DNA of 64,000 nt from an uncultured beta proteobacterium (GTDB lineage: Bacteria > Pseudomonadota > Gammaproteobacteria > Burkholderiales > Burkholderiaceae_C), in contig CAVVXV010000012.1 of assembly GCA_963752295.1 (NCBI GenBank), forward strand, positions 57,608-121,607, in the 5' to 3' direction. Made by a program: the position numbers and the translations under genes. Positions 27,353 to 36,900 of this stretch are shown here, in pieces; the stretch's first letter is position 1; each line of letters begins with the position of its first letter. A model generated the notes under the pieces. The model made no database searches and was not told the DNA's origin. It saw only the letters and a list, made by a program, of their open reading frames with translations.

Positions 27353-29749
27353 CTAGTTCCTGACGGGCTTGCCCGTCTGCAGCATCCCCATGATCCGCTC
27401 CTGCGTCTTGGGGTTGTCGAGCAAGGCGCAGAAGTGCTTGCGTTCCAGCGCCATCAGGTACTCCTCGTTCACCATCGAGCCGGCATCGACATCGCCCCCG
27501 GTGATCACGTCGGCGATGCACGACGCGATATGGAAGTCGTAGGCGCTGATGAAGCCGCCGTCGCGCATGTTGGCCAGCTGCCCCTGGAAGGTCGCCTTGG
27601 CGCTGCGCCCGGCCACCGGGAACAGGCGCCTGAGCGGTGGACGGTAGCCGGACTCGTGCATCGCGCGTGCTTCGTGAAGCGCCACGTAGAGCAGTTCGTC
27701 CTTGTTCGGCACGATGATGTCGCTGTCCTGCAGGTAGCCGAGCTTGCGCGATTCGATCGCACTCGTGCCCACCTTGGCCATCGCGGCGCTGGTGAATCCG
27801 TCCTTGAGGAACTGGAAGATGTCCGCGCCCGCGTTGCCCGCCGACGCCATCTCGGCCGCGCGCCGCGCGATGTACGCCAGCCCACCGCCGCCGGGCAGCA
27901 GCCCGACGCCCACTTCGACGAAGCCGGCATAGGTCTCCATCGCGGCGACGCGTCTCGCGCTATGGATGGCCAGCTCGCAGCCGCCGCCCAGCGCCATGCC
28001 CCGCATGGCCGACACGACCGGCACCTGCGCATAGCGCAGCCGCAGCATCGCGTCCTGCAGCTTCTTCTCTTCGGGCGCGATGCCCTTGCCGCCGCTCTTC
28101 ATGAACACCGGCATCAGTGCCTCGAGATTCGCACCGGCGGAGAACACATCGTCGGGCGACCAGATCACGAGACCCTTGTAGCTCTGCTCGGCCAGGTCCA
28201 CGGCCTTCAGGAGTCCCTCGACGACCGTCGGGCTGATCAGGTGAAGCTTGGCTGTGATGCTGGCGATGAGCACGTCTTGATCGAGCGTCCACACGCGCAC
28301 CTCGTCATTCCTGAAAAGCTCCGTGCCGGACTGCAGCGGCGGCGGCGAGCCGTCGCCGAACAGACTCTCGCGGAACAGCTGGCGCCCATACACCGGCAGG
28401 TCGCGGCGCGGCACGAAATGCCGGGCCGAGGCGCTCCATGAGCCATCGGCGGAGTGCACGCCCCCGTTGGCGGCGACCGGTCCGTCGAATACCCAGTCCG
28501 GCAGCGGCGCGGTGGCGAGTGCCTTGCCCGCGTCGATGTCGGCCTTCACCCATTGGGCCACCTGCAGCCAGCCGGCCTGCTGCCACAGCTCGAAGGGGCC
28601 TTGGCTGGTGCCGAAGCCCCAGCGCATGGCCAGGTCGATGTCGCGCGCGCTTTCGGCGATGTCGGCCAGGTGCACCGCCGCGTAGTGGAAGCTGTCGCGC
28701 AGGATCGCCCACAGGAACTGCGCCTGCGGATTGCCCGATTCGCGCAGCAGCTTGAGTCGCTCGGGCGCCGGCTTCCTGAGCATCCGCGCGACGATCTCGT
28801 CGGCCTTTCCGCCACCGGGCACGTAGTCGCCTGCGGCGGGATCGAGCCGCAGGATGTCGCGACCGACCTTCTTGTAGAAGCCCGCGCCGCTCTTCTGCCC
28901 GAGCGCGCCGCGATCGATGAGCTGCTGCACCACGGGCGGCGTCGCATACGTCGCAAAGAACGGGTCGTCGGCGAGGTGGTCCTGCAGCGTCTTGATGACG
29001 TGCGCCATCGTGTCCAGGCCGACCACGTCGGCCGTGCGGAAGGTGCCGCTGCTGGCGCGTCCCAGCTTCTTGCCGGTGAGGTCGTCGACCACGTCGTAGC
29101 TCAGGCCGAAGCGCTCGGCCTCCTTGATCGTGGCCAGCATGCCGGCGATACCGACCCGGTTGGCCACGAAGTTCGGCGTGTCCTTCGCGCGCACGACGCC
29201 CTTGCCGAGCGCGCTGGTCACGAAGGCCTCGAGCTGGTCGAGAATCTCAGGGCGTGTCGTCGGCGTCGCGATCAGCTCCACCAGATACATGTAGCGCGGC
29301 GGATTGAAGAAGTGGATGCCGCAGAAGCGCGGCTTGATCTCTTCGGGCAGCGCTTCGGACAAGGTCGTGATCGACAGGCCCGACGTGTTGGAAGCCACGA
29401 TCGCGTGCGGCGCCACGGCAGGTGCGATGCGCCGATACAGGTCGAGCTTCCAGTCCATGCGCTCGGCAATGGCCTCGATGACGAGGTCGCAATGGGCCAG
29501 CTTGCCCAGGTCATCATCGTAGTTGGCCTGCTCGATCAGCGCCGCATCCTCGGGCACGCCCAGCGGCGCAGGCTTGAGCTTCTTGAGCGCCTCCACCGCC
29601 TTGGCGACGATCGCATTCTTGGGGCCTTCCTTGGCCGCGAGGTCAAAGAGGATGACCGGCACCTTGACATTGACGAGCTGGGCCGCGATCTGCGCGCCCA
29701 TGACGCCGGCACCGAGCACGGCGACCTTGCGCACGGGAAATCGGTTCAT
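27353..29749 (-). CDS. 3-hydroxyacyl-CoA dehydrogenase / enoyl-CoA hydratase fusion (FadN-like)
   Basis: LGAGVMG, IEAIAE, SNTSGL and HFFNPP motifs, with a C-terminal crotonase domain (FSAGANL, LGGGCE). Real start is MNRFPV at 29749. Confidence 0.93.
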   Translation of the reverse strand: MNRFPVRKVAVLGAGVMGAQIAAQLVNVKVPVILFDLAAKEGPKNAIVAKAVEALKKLKPAPLGVPEDAALIEQANYDDDLGKLAHCDLVIEAIAERMDWKLDLYRRIAPAVAPHAIVASNTSGLSITTLSEALPEEIKPRFCGIHFFNPPRYMYLVELIATPTTRPEILDQLEAFVTSALGKGVVRAKDTPNFVANRVGIAGMLATIKEAERFGLSYDVVDDLTGKKLGRASSGTFRTADVVGLDTMAHVIKTLQDHLADDPFFATYATPPVVQQLIDRGALGQKSGAGFYKKVGRDILRLDPAAGDYVPGGGKADEIVARMLRKPAPERLKLLRESGNPQAQFLWAILRDSFHYAAVHLADIAESARDIDLAMRWGFGTSQGPFELWQQAGWLQVAQWVKADIDAGKALATAPLPDWVFDGPVAANGGVHSADGSWSASARHFVPRRDLPVYGRQLFRESLFGDGSPPPLQSGTELFRNDEVRVWTLDQDVLIASITAKLHLISPTVVEGLLKAVDLAEQSYKGLVIWSPDDVFSAGANLEALMPVFMKSGGKGIAPEEKKLQDAMLRLRYAQVPVVSAMRGMALGGGCELAIHSARRVAAMETYAGFVEVGVGLLPGGGGLAYIARRAAEMASAGNAGADIFQFLKDGFTSAAMAKVGTSAIESRKLGYLQDSDIIVPNKDELLYVALHEARAMHESGYRPPLRRLFPVAGRSAKATFQGQLANMRDGGFISAYDFHIASCIADVITGGDVDAGSMVNEEYLMALERKHFCALLDNPKTQERIMGMLQTGKPVRN

Positions 29750-29796
29750 GCTTTTTCCTTCATTCGTTGGAGGCAGCGCCTCGGAGGCCTCGGAGA

Positions 29797-31587
29797 TCAG
29801 AACAGGGCTTCGTCCATGTCGGCCAGCGGCTTCACGCCGGCTCGCGCCGCGCGGATCAGGCCGGCCGTCTCGGGCAGCAGCTTGGCAAAGTAGAAGCGGG
29901 CGGTGGCAAGCTTCGCCTTGTAGAAGGGGTCGCCCGAATCGAGCCTGGCCATGGCCACCTTCGCCATGCGCGCCCAAAGGTACGCGAACACCAGGTGGCC
30001 GCACACGCGCAGGTAGTCCACGGCGGCAGCGCCGACCTCGTCCGCGTTCTGCATGGCCTTCATGCCGATCTCGGTGGTCAGCTTGGTGACCTTGTCGCCG
30101 ATGTCGGCCAGCGGATCGACGAACTCCTGCATGGCCTCGTTGGTGCCTTCCTCCTCCACGAAGGCCTTCACCAGCTTGCCGAACTTCTTGAGCTTCGCGC
30201 CGTTGTCGGAAAGCACCTTGCGGCCCAGCAGGTCGAGCGACTGGATGGTGTTGGTGCCCTCGTAGATCATGTTGATGCGGGCGTCGCGCACGAACTGCTC
30301 CATGCCCGACTCGGCAATGTAGCCGTGGCCACCGAACACCTGCAGGCAGTTCGAGGTGGCGATCCAGGCGTTGTCGGTCAGGAAGGCCTTGACGATGGGC
30401 GTCATGAGCGCGACCAGGTCCGCGCAATCGCGGCGCTCCTGCTCGTCGCTCGAGGCGAGTTCCTTGTCGAGCAGGAGCGTCGTCCACATGGCGAACGCGC
30501 GGCCTCCTTCGGCATAGGCGCGCGCGGTCAGGAGCATCTTGCGCACGTCCGGATGCACGATGATCGGATCGGCGGGCTTGTCGGGGGCCTTCGCGCCGGA
30601 CAGCGAGCGCATCTGGATCCGCTCTTTCGCGTAGGCCGCCGCGTTCTGGTAGGCGACTTCCGTGAGTCCGAGCCCCTGCATTCCCACGCCCAGGCGCGCG
30701 GCGTTCATCATGACGAACATCGCTGCCAGCCCCTTGTTGGGCTCGCCCACCAGCGTGCCCACGGCGCCGTCGAGCACGATCTGAGCGGTGGCATTGCCGT
30801 GGATGCCCATCTTGTGCTCGAGGCCGCCGCAATAGATCGCGTTGCGCTCGCCGGTCTTGCCTTCGGGCGTGACCATGAACTTCGGCACGACGAAGAGCGA
30901 TATGCCCTTGGAGCCCTGCGGTGCATCGGGCAGCCGCGCGAGCACGAGATGCACGATGTTCTCGGCCATGTCGTGCTCGCCGGCCGAGATGAAGATCTTG
31001 TTGCCGGTGAGCCTGTACGTGCCGTCGGCCTGCGGTTCCGCCTTCGTGCGCAACATGCCGAGGTCGGTGCCGCAATGAGGCTCGGTGAGGCACATCGTGC
31101 CGGTCCACTTGCCGCTGGTGAGCATGGGCAGGTAGAGCTTCTTCTGCTCGGGCGTGCCGTGGGTGTGCAGCGCCTCGTAGGCGCCGTGGGACAGGCCCGG
31201 GTACATCGTGAAGGCCTGGTTGGCCGAGTTCATCATCTCGTAGAAACACTGGTTCACGAGAACGGGCAGGCCCTGGCCGCCGAATTCCGGATCGCACGCC
31301 AACGCCGGCCAGCCGCCTTCCACATAGCGTCGGTAAGCGTCCTTGAAGCCGCTGGCCGTCTTCACTTCGTGCGTGGAGGGATCGAGCTTGCAGCCTTCCC
31401 GGTCGCCCGCCTGGTTCAACGGGAACACCACTTCGGAGGCGAACTTGCCACCTTCTTCCAGCACCGCATCGATCGTCTGCGCATCGATGTCCGCATGCGC
31501 GGGCAGCGCCTTCAACTCGTCGACGGCGTGCAGCACTTCGTGCATCACGAACTGCATGTCGCGCAGCGGCGGGGTGTACTGGGGCAT
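29797..31587 (-). CDS. Acyl-CoA dehydrogenase
   Basis: GTMCLTEPHCGTDL, GNKIFISAGEHD, EHKMGIHG, QVFGGHGY and IYEGTN motifs. Confidence 0.95.
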   Translation of the reverse strand: MPQYTPPLRDMQFVMHEVLHAVDELKALPAHADIDAQTIDAVLEEGGKFASEVVFPLNQAGDREGCKLDPSTHEVKTASGFKDAYRRYVEGGWPALACDPEFGGQGLPVLVNQCFYEMMNSANQAFTMYPGLSHGAYEALHTHGTPEQKKLYLPMLTSGKWTGTMCLTEPHCGTDLGMLRTKAEPQADGTYRLTGNKIFISAGEHDMAENIVHLVLARLPDAPQGSKGISLFVVPKFMVTPEGKTGERNAIYCGGLEHKMGIHGNATAQIVLDGAVGTLVGEPNKGLAAMFVMMNAARLGVGMQGLGLTEVAYQNAAAYAKERIQMRSLSGAKAPDKPADPIIVHPDVRKMLLTARAYAEGGRAFAMWTTLLLDKELASSDEQERRDCADLVALMTPIVKAFLTDNAWIATSNCLQVFGGHGYIAESGMEQFVRDARINMIYEGTNTIQSLDLLGRKVLSDNGAKLKKFGKLVKAFVEEEGTNEAMQEFVDPLADIGDKVTKLTTEIGMKAMQNADEVGAAAVDYLRVCGHLVFAYLWARMAKVAMARLDSGDPFYKAKLATARFYFAKLLPETAGLIRAARAGVKPLADMDEALF

Positions 31588-31617
31588 GTGCTTGGCTCCT
31601 TGGCTGTGGAAATGGAA

Positions 31618-32331
31618 TCAGGTGCGGATCTTGCGCGCCGTGCGCGAGGCGGCGCGCGGCGTGCCGTCGGCTTCGAGGCTGGACAGCCCGGCCGGCGTGG
31701 CATAGAGGTTCACGAGTCGCTCGAAGGCCGTGCGCACGCGCTCCAGTGCGCCGGCGCTGCGAAGGAAACGTGCGTCGTGGTGCAAGGCGAGGATGAGTCC
31801 GTGCAGCTCGAACACGAGCTGCAGCGGATCGCTCTGCGCCTTCAGGTGTCCTTCGTCGACCGCCATGCGCACGGCGCGTTCCAGGGCGGACTGCCAAGCC
31901 TTGACCATGGTCACCAGCGCGTCGCGCACGGGACCGGGCCGGTCGTCGAACTCGACCGCGCCGCTGATGTAGATGCAGCCGGAGTCCAGTTCCGCGGACA
32001 CGCGCCGCACCCAGCGCTCGAACAGTGCCTTCAACCTGGGCAGGCCGCGTGCTTCGTTCATGGCAGGGAAGAACACCTCTTCCTCGAACTTGGCGTGGTA
32101 TTCGCGGACGACCGAAATCTGCAGTTCCTCGCGCGAGCCGAAGTGCGCGAAGACGCCCGACTTGCTCATCTGCGTCACTTCGGCGAGCGCGCCGATGGAA
32201 AGGCCCTCGAGACCCATGTTCGCCGCCAGGGCGAGCGCCGCATCGAGGATCGCGGCGCGGGTCTGCTGCCCTTTCATGAGGGTCCGGGAAGGGCCGGCTT
32301 CCCGGATGGGCGAGACGCTGGAGTCTGTCAC
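31618..32331 (-). CDS. fadP: TetR family regulator of fatty acid degradation (FadP-like)
   Basis: LSIGALAEVTQMSKSGVFAHFGSREEL helix-turn-helix. Heads the beta-oxidation operon and has a FadP-type box upstream. Start uncertain (GTG 32331 or ATG 32277). Confidence 0.85.
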   Translation of the reverse strand: MTDSSVSPIREAGPSRTLMKGQQTRAAILDAALALAANMGLEGLSIGALAEVTQMSKSGVFAHFGSREELQISVVREYHAKFEEEVFFPAMNEARGLPRLKALFERWVRRVSAELDSGCIYISGAVEFDDRPGPVRDALVTMVKAWQSALERAVRMAVDEGHLKAQSDPLQLVFELHGLILALHHDARFLRSAGALERVRTAFERLVNLYATPAGLSSLEADGTPRAASRTARKIRT

Positions 32332-32363
32332 GGCGAGCTGTGGCCGGCTGGCGGCCGGCAAGG

Positions 32364-32383
32364 AATCGAACGATCGTGCTATT
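32364..32383. promoter_or_regulatory. FadP-type operator AATCGAACGATCGTGCTATT
   Basis: Near-palindrome just upstream of the TetR gene. Fits the Burkholderiales FadP consensus as I recall it (AATNGWACGAYCGTKCKNWT). Confidence 0.75.
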
Positions 32384-32581
32384 TTGCAGATTTCCCGTGC
32401 CTTGGAACCGGGCAGGGAGATCTTTTTTTCTAGTTGCCGGCATCTAGGCGCGCGATTTCGACACCACCGTGACGGCAGGGGTCGGGTTTACCCTCACGTC
32501 ATCGCCGATACCACAGGCAACGTCCGCAAGTCGCGTGCCTATTGAGTCGGATGCGGGGATTGATTACGCTCGCTAGAAGGA

Positions 32582-33148
32582 GTGAATCGCGTGGAAGTGC
32601 TTCAGCTCGACGTCTCCGGCAGACCGCAATCCTGGATTTCCGCCAAGGAGGCTGCGTGCATCTATGCCAGCGACGGCATCGCCTGGACCCTGGGCGACCC
32701 GTTCTATGTCCTGCGCGGCGGCATGCAGCGCCGCACGGGGCTGCAGTCGCGCATCGAGGTCCACCCGATCATCGCCGTGCGGGGCGCCGTGCCCAGTCGG
32801 GCCTGGAGACTGTCGCCCGCACTGTCCAACTTCAAGCTCTTCGCGCGCGACCGCCATCTGTGCGCCTACTGCGGCGGCCATTTTCCTGCGGACGATCTCA
32901 CCCGCGAGCACATCACGCCCACATCGCGTGGCGGCCGCGACAGCTGGATGAACTGCATCACGGCCTGCCGTGCCTGCAATGGGCGCAAGGGCAACCGCCT
33001 GCCCGAAGAAGCGCGCATGTCGTTGCTCTACCTTCCCTACGTCCCGAGCCTGCACGAGGACATGATCCTGCGCGGCCGGCGCATCCTGGCCGACCAGATG
33101 GAGTTCCTGCTCGCCAGCGTGCCCAGGAACAGCAGGCTGCACGGCTGA
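32582..33148 (+). CDS. HNH endonuclease family protein
   Basis: LFARDRHLCAYCG, TREHITPTSRGG and WMNCITACRACNGRKGN motifs. Confidence 0.92.
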   Translation: MNRVEVLQLDVSGRPQSWISAKEAACIYASDGIAWTLGDPFYVLRGGMQRRTGLQSRIEVHPIIAVRGAVPSRAWRLSPALSNFKLFARDRHLCAYCGGHFPADDLTREHITPTSRGGRDSWMNCITACRACNGRKGNRLPEEARMSLLYLPYVPSLHEDMILRGRRILADQMEFLLASVPRNSRLHG

Positions 33149-33302
33149 TGGAGCGGCCCGGCAGCGCGTAGACTTTTCGATTCCTTGCATTGGTGGCGCT
33201 CGCAGTGCCGGGCAGCCAGGCCGCGGCCCGTGTCCTGCGGCCTCGCGTCAACCGGCGCGGCGGCCATCCCGTTCGCAGACCTCACACGATTCGGAGAATT
33301 TC

Positions 33303-33767
33303 ATGAAGAAGTCGTTCACGATCCTGGCGCTGGCCGCCGTGCTGGCCGCCTGCAGCACCACCAGCCCCGACGTGATCCAGCGCGGCGACGCGCAGCGCAT
33401 GTCGCAAGTCCAGGACGGCACCGTGCTCTCGGTGCGGCCGGTCACGGTCGAGGGCAGCCAGAGCGGCGTCGGAGCCGCTGCCGGCGGCATCGCCGGCGGC
33501 GTGGCCGGCTCCACGGTCGGCGGGCATCGCGAGAATGCGGTGGTCGGCGTGCTCGGCGCGGTTGCCGGCGCCGTTGTCGGCAACGCGGTCGAGCGCATGG
33601 GCACCCGGGAGGAAGCCGTGGAGGTCCTCGTCCAGCTTCGCAACGGAGAGCGCCGGGCCGTCGTCCAGGCAAAGGGCAACGAGACGTTCGCGCCCGGAGA
33701 TGCGGTGATCCTGGTCACGACGGGCGGCAAGACACGGGTGAGCCGGGCACCGGTCCCTCGAAGCTGA
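33303..33767 (+). CDS. slyB: Outer-membrane lipoprotein, glycine-zipper 2TM (SlyB/Pcp-like)
   Basis: GGAG RBS, lipobox LAAC, and glycine zipper GAAAGGIAGGVAGSTVGG...GAVAGAVVGNAVE. Confidence 0.85.
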   Translation: MKKSFTILALAAVLAACSTTSPDVIQRGDAQRMSQVQDGTVLSVRPVTVEGSQSGVGAAAGGIAGGVAGSTVGGHRENAVVGVLGAVAGAVVGNAVERMGTREEAVEVLVQLRNGERRAVVQAKGNETFAPGDAVILVTTGGKTRVSRAPVPRS

Positions 33768-33859
33768 GCACGACGCGCGCCGGTTCGGGCGCGCTCGGCG
33801 CGCGCTCGGCGCTCGGAGCCACTGGCGGCGCGGGCGCAACGGGCGCGAAGAGGAAGAAC

Positions 33860-33887
33860 GCCAGGGCGCGCTGCGGCGCGCCCTGGC
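33860..33887 (+). terminator. Hairpin downstream of the slyB-like gene
   Basis: GCCAGGGCGCGC-TGCG-GCGCGCCCTGGC followed by CCTTT. Confidence 0.5.
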
Positions 33888-33977
33888 CCTTTGACCGCCG
33901 ACGCCCTGCCAACCGTGGGGGTTGAGGGCCACCCCCTGCTGTGATGTACTGGCCGCCGACCCATCGGGGGAGGTGAC

Positions 33978-36900
33978 ATGGCCGGTACGGTAAACCTCAG
34001 GCTTCGCGCGGCACCGCTCGACGCAAGCGCACCTCCTCATCTCTTCGATACCCGACTGCGCTCCGTCGTCGCGGGCGACGACGACCCGTTCCTGCCGGCC
34101 GGCCTTCTGCACATCGATGCGGCATGCGATCTGTCGGCCACCGCCCGCGCGGCCGACAGCGGCCGTATTCCCCGGGACATCGAGGTGAAGCCGGGCCAGG
34201 TCGTCGTGCTCGAACTGCCCGAAGGGGTGACCGTCATCACCCATCCAGACAACCTGCGAGAGGCGGTGCGGCGCACCGACCCGGATGCCGTCTCTCAGGA
34301 CGGCACGATCGACTTCTCCCGCGCCTTGCGCCAGCGAGGCGCCGGCCTGCGAGGCAGCCTCGGCGACGCCATGGCCGAAGGGCTCAACTCCGTCGTCTCG
34401 CGCCTCTACACGGTGACGGTCGGGCAGGTTGCCGATCCGATCCTCGATGCCGCACGCCGGCGCGCCTGCGAATGGCTCGGCATCACCGGCGAGGACAAGA
34501 TCTCGCAATATGCCGAGCTGGGTGTGAGCTGGATCGGCACCAAGGCCCTCATGTGGGCCATCGAGAGCCGGCTTCAGCGCAATCCGGGCCTGTATCGCTA
34601 CATCGACGGGGAGTTGGCCGAACGCTTCGATCCCGGCGACCCGCGGCTCGCTGCCGACTCGCGCAGCGGTCCGCTGCTCGTGATGATCCATGGCACCGGA
34701 TCGAGCACCGGCGGCAGCTTCGACGCATTGCACAGCGCCTCGCGAACCTACTGGAAGGCATTCGAGGAACGGTACGCCGAGCGCGTGCTGGCCTTCGAGC
34801 ATCGCACGCTGTCGGAAAGCCCCGCCGAGAACGCACTGGCACTGGCACGCGCGCTGCCCGCAGCCGCGACGGTGCACCTGCTCACGCACTCGCGCGGCGG
34901 CCTGGTCGGCGACTTGCTTTGCCTGCAGGGGCTCGACGAATGGGTCGACGGCTATGCGCTGGACGGCACGCAGGCAGGCGATTCCGACACGGCGGAGCGC
35001 GAGCGGGTGCGGGCCGAGCTGGTCAAGGCCTACGCCGAGCAGCGCAGCGTGTTGCACGAACTCGCCGCCGAGTTGCGACGCAAGCGGCTGCGCATCGAGC
35101 GCTATGTGCGCGTGGCCAGCCCCGCGCGAGGCACGCGGCTGGCGAGCGGCAATTTCGACGTGTTCCTGTCCGCGCTGCTGTCGCTGATGGGCTGGGTGCC
35201 TTCGCTCAAGGGCAACCCGGTCTACTCGGCATTCAAGCGGGTGGTCCTCGAGATCGCCAAGAACCGCACCCGCCCTGACCTCGTGCCCGGCATCGAGGCG
35301 ATGCTGCCGGCTTCTCCGATGGCACGGCTGCTGGCGCGAGCCACGCCGCAGGACAAGCTGCAACTCGCCGTCATTGCGGGCGATGTCGAAGGCGGCGGCT
35401 GGCTCAAGCGCCTCGGAGTGCTGTTCACCGACTACACGTTCTTCGACGGCGAGGAGAACGATTTCGTCGTGGACACGGACGCCATGGTCGCCGGCATCGC
35501 GCGGCCGGGCGTTTCACGCGTGCTGCTCGATCGCAGCGCGCAGACCAGCCACTTCCGCTACTTCATCAACGACGGCACACGCAGCGCCGTGCGCGAGTGG
35601 CTCACCGCGCCCGCGACCGATCAGGTCGAGGCGTTCCAGACCATGCGCGCCGCCGTCACCACGCAGGCGCCGCCCGCGAGGACCGCGCGTGGCACGACCG
35701 CCATCGCGCCCGCGATGCCCGTCGCCGTGCTCCTGCCGGCCATCATGGGGTCGCACCTTTGGCTCGCGCGACGCGAGCGAATCTGGTTCGACGTGATGGC
35801 GCTCGCCCACGGCGGCTTGGGTCGCCTGCAGCTCAAGCCCGGCGCACGCAAGGATGCGGTCGAACCCGAAGCGCTGTTCGACATGCACTACGGCGCCCTG
35901 CAACGGCATCTGTCGACGACCCACCGCGTGGTTCCGTTCGCCTTTGACTGGCGCCAGCCGCTCGACGTGCTCGCAACTCAGCTTGCCGGCCTCCTGCGTC
36001 GCGAGCTGGACGCCGCTGCCGCCGCCGGCCAGCCGCTGCGCGTGCTCGCCCACAGCATGGGCGGTTTGGTGGTGCGCGCGCTCGTCCACCTGCAGCCGCA
36101 GCTGTGGGACGAGCTGATGACGCGCGACGGCGCGCGCCTGGTCATGCTCGGTACGCCCCACCAAGGCTCGCACCTCATGGTCGAAACGCTGTTGGGCAAG
36201 TCGGACGCGGTGCGCAGGCTGGCCCTGCTCGATCTCGAGCACGACCTGCAGCAGGTCGTGGACATCATCGCGAGCTTTCCCGGGGCACTGGCTTTGTTGC
36301 CCAAGCCCGGCTTCGCCGACACGGGCGGCGAGCAGGCGACCGACTATTTCGAGGCCGCCCTCTGGCCGCGCCTGAAGTCGCAGATGCGCGACCTGTGGTT
36401 GGGCGACGGCGTCGGCGCGGCGCCTCCTGCAGCCGCGCTGCGCCAGGCGCAATGGCTGTGGAGCCGCGATCGCAACGTGCGCCCCGCGTTGCCTGCACGG
36501 CACGAAGGAAAGGTCATCCATGTGTTCGGCTGCGCAGCCAAGACGCCCTGCGGGCTGGTGCGCGAGGGCGATCGCTGGAAGATGCTGGGCACGCCGCTCG
36601 GCGACGGTTCGGTCACCTGGGACTCGGGCCGCATCGATGGCATCGGCCAGTTCCTGTACATGCCGGCCGAGCATGGTGCGCTGGCCGACACCGAAGCCTA
36701 TTTCGACTCCATCGAAAGCCTGCTCGACCGTGGCGACGCCGGGCAGCTGATGACTTCGCCGCCGGCCATGCGAGGAGCCGACCTGCCACGCGTGGCCGCG
36801 TACGACGCCGGGCCCACGACCTACCCGACCGAGCTGGAGGCCGCGGCGGGGCTGTTCGGCGCGGGCCGTGCGGCACAGTCGCGCGTGCAGCGCGCCGACG

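Noticed and set aside
29750-32443. 1696-aa ORF 27353..32443 as a giant fusion protein
   Set aside because: Only the part from MNRFPV (29749) is protein-like. The upstream part is an Arg/Ala-rich off-frame read over the acyl-CoA dehydrogenase and TetR genes.
32582-33148. HNH nuclease as part of a defence operon with the CHAT gene or as a mobile element
   Set aside because: It is separated from the CHAT gene by a slyB-like gene and a terminator-like hairpin. There is no methylase, intron or terminal repeats. It looks like an ordinary stand-alone HNH protein.
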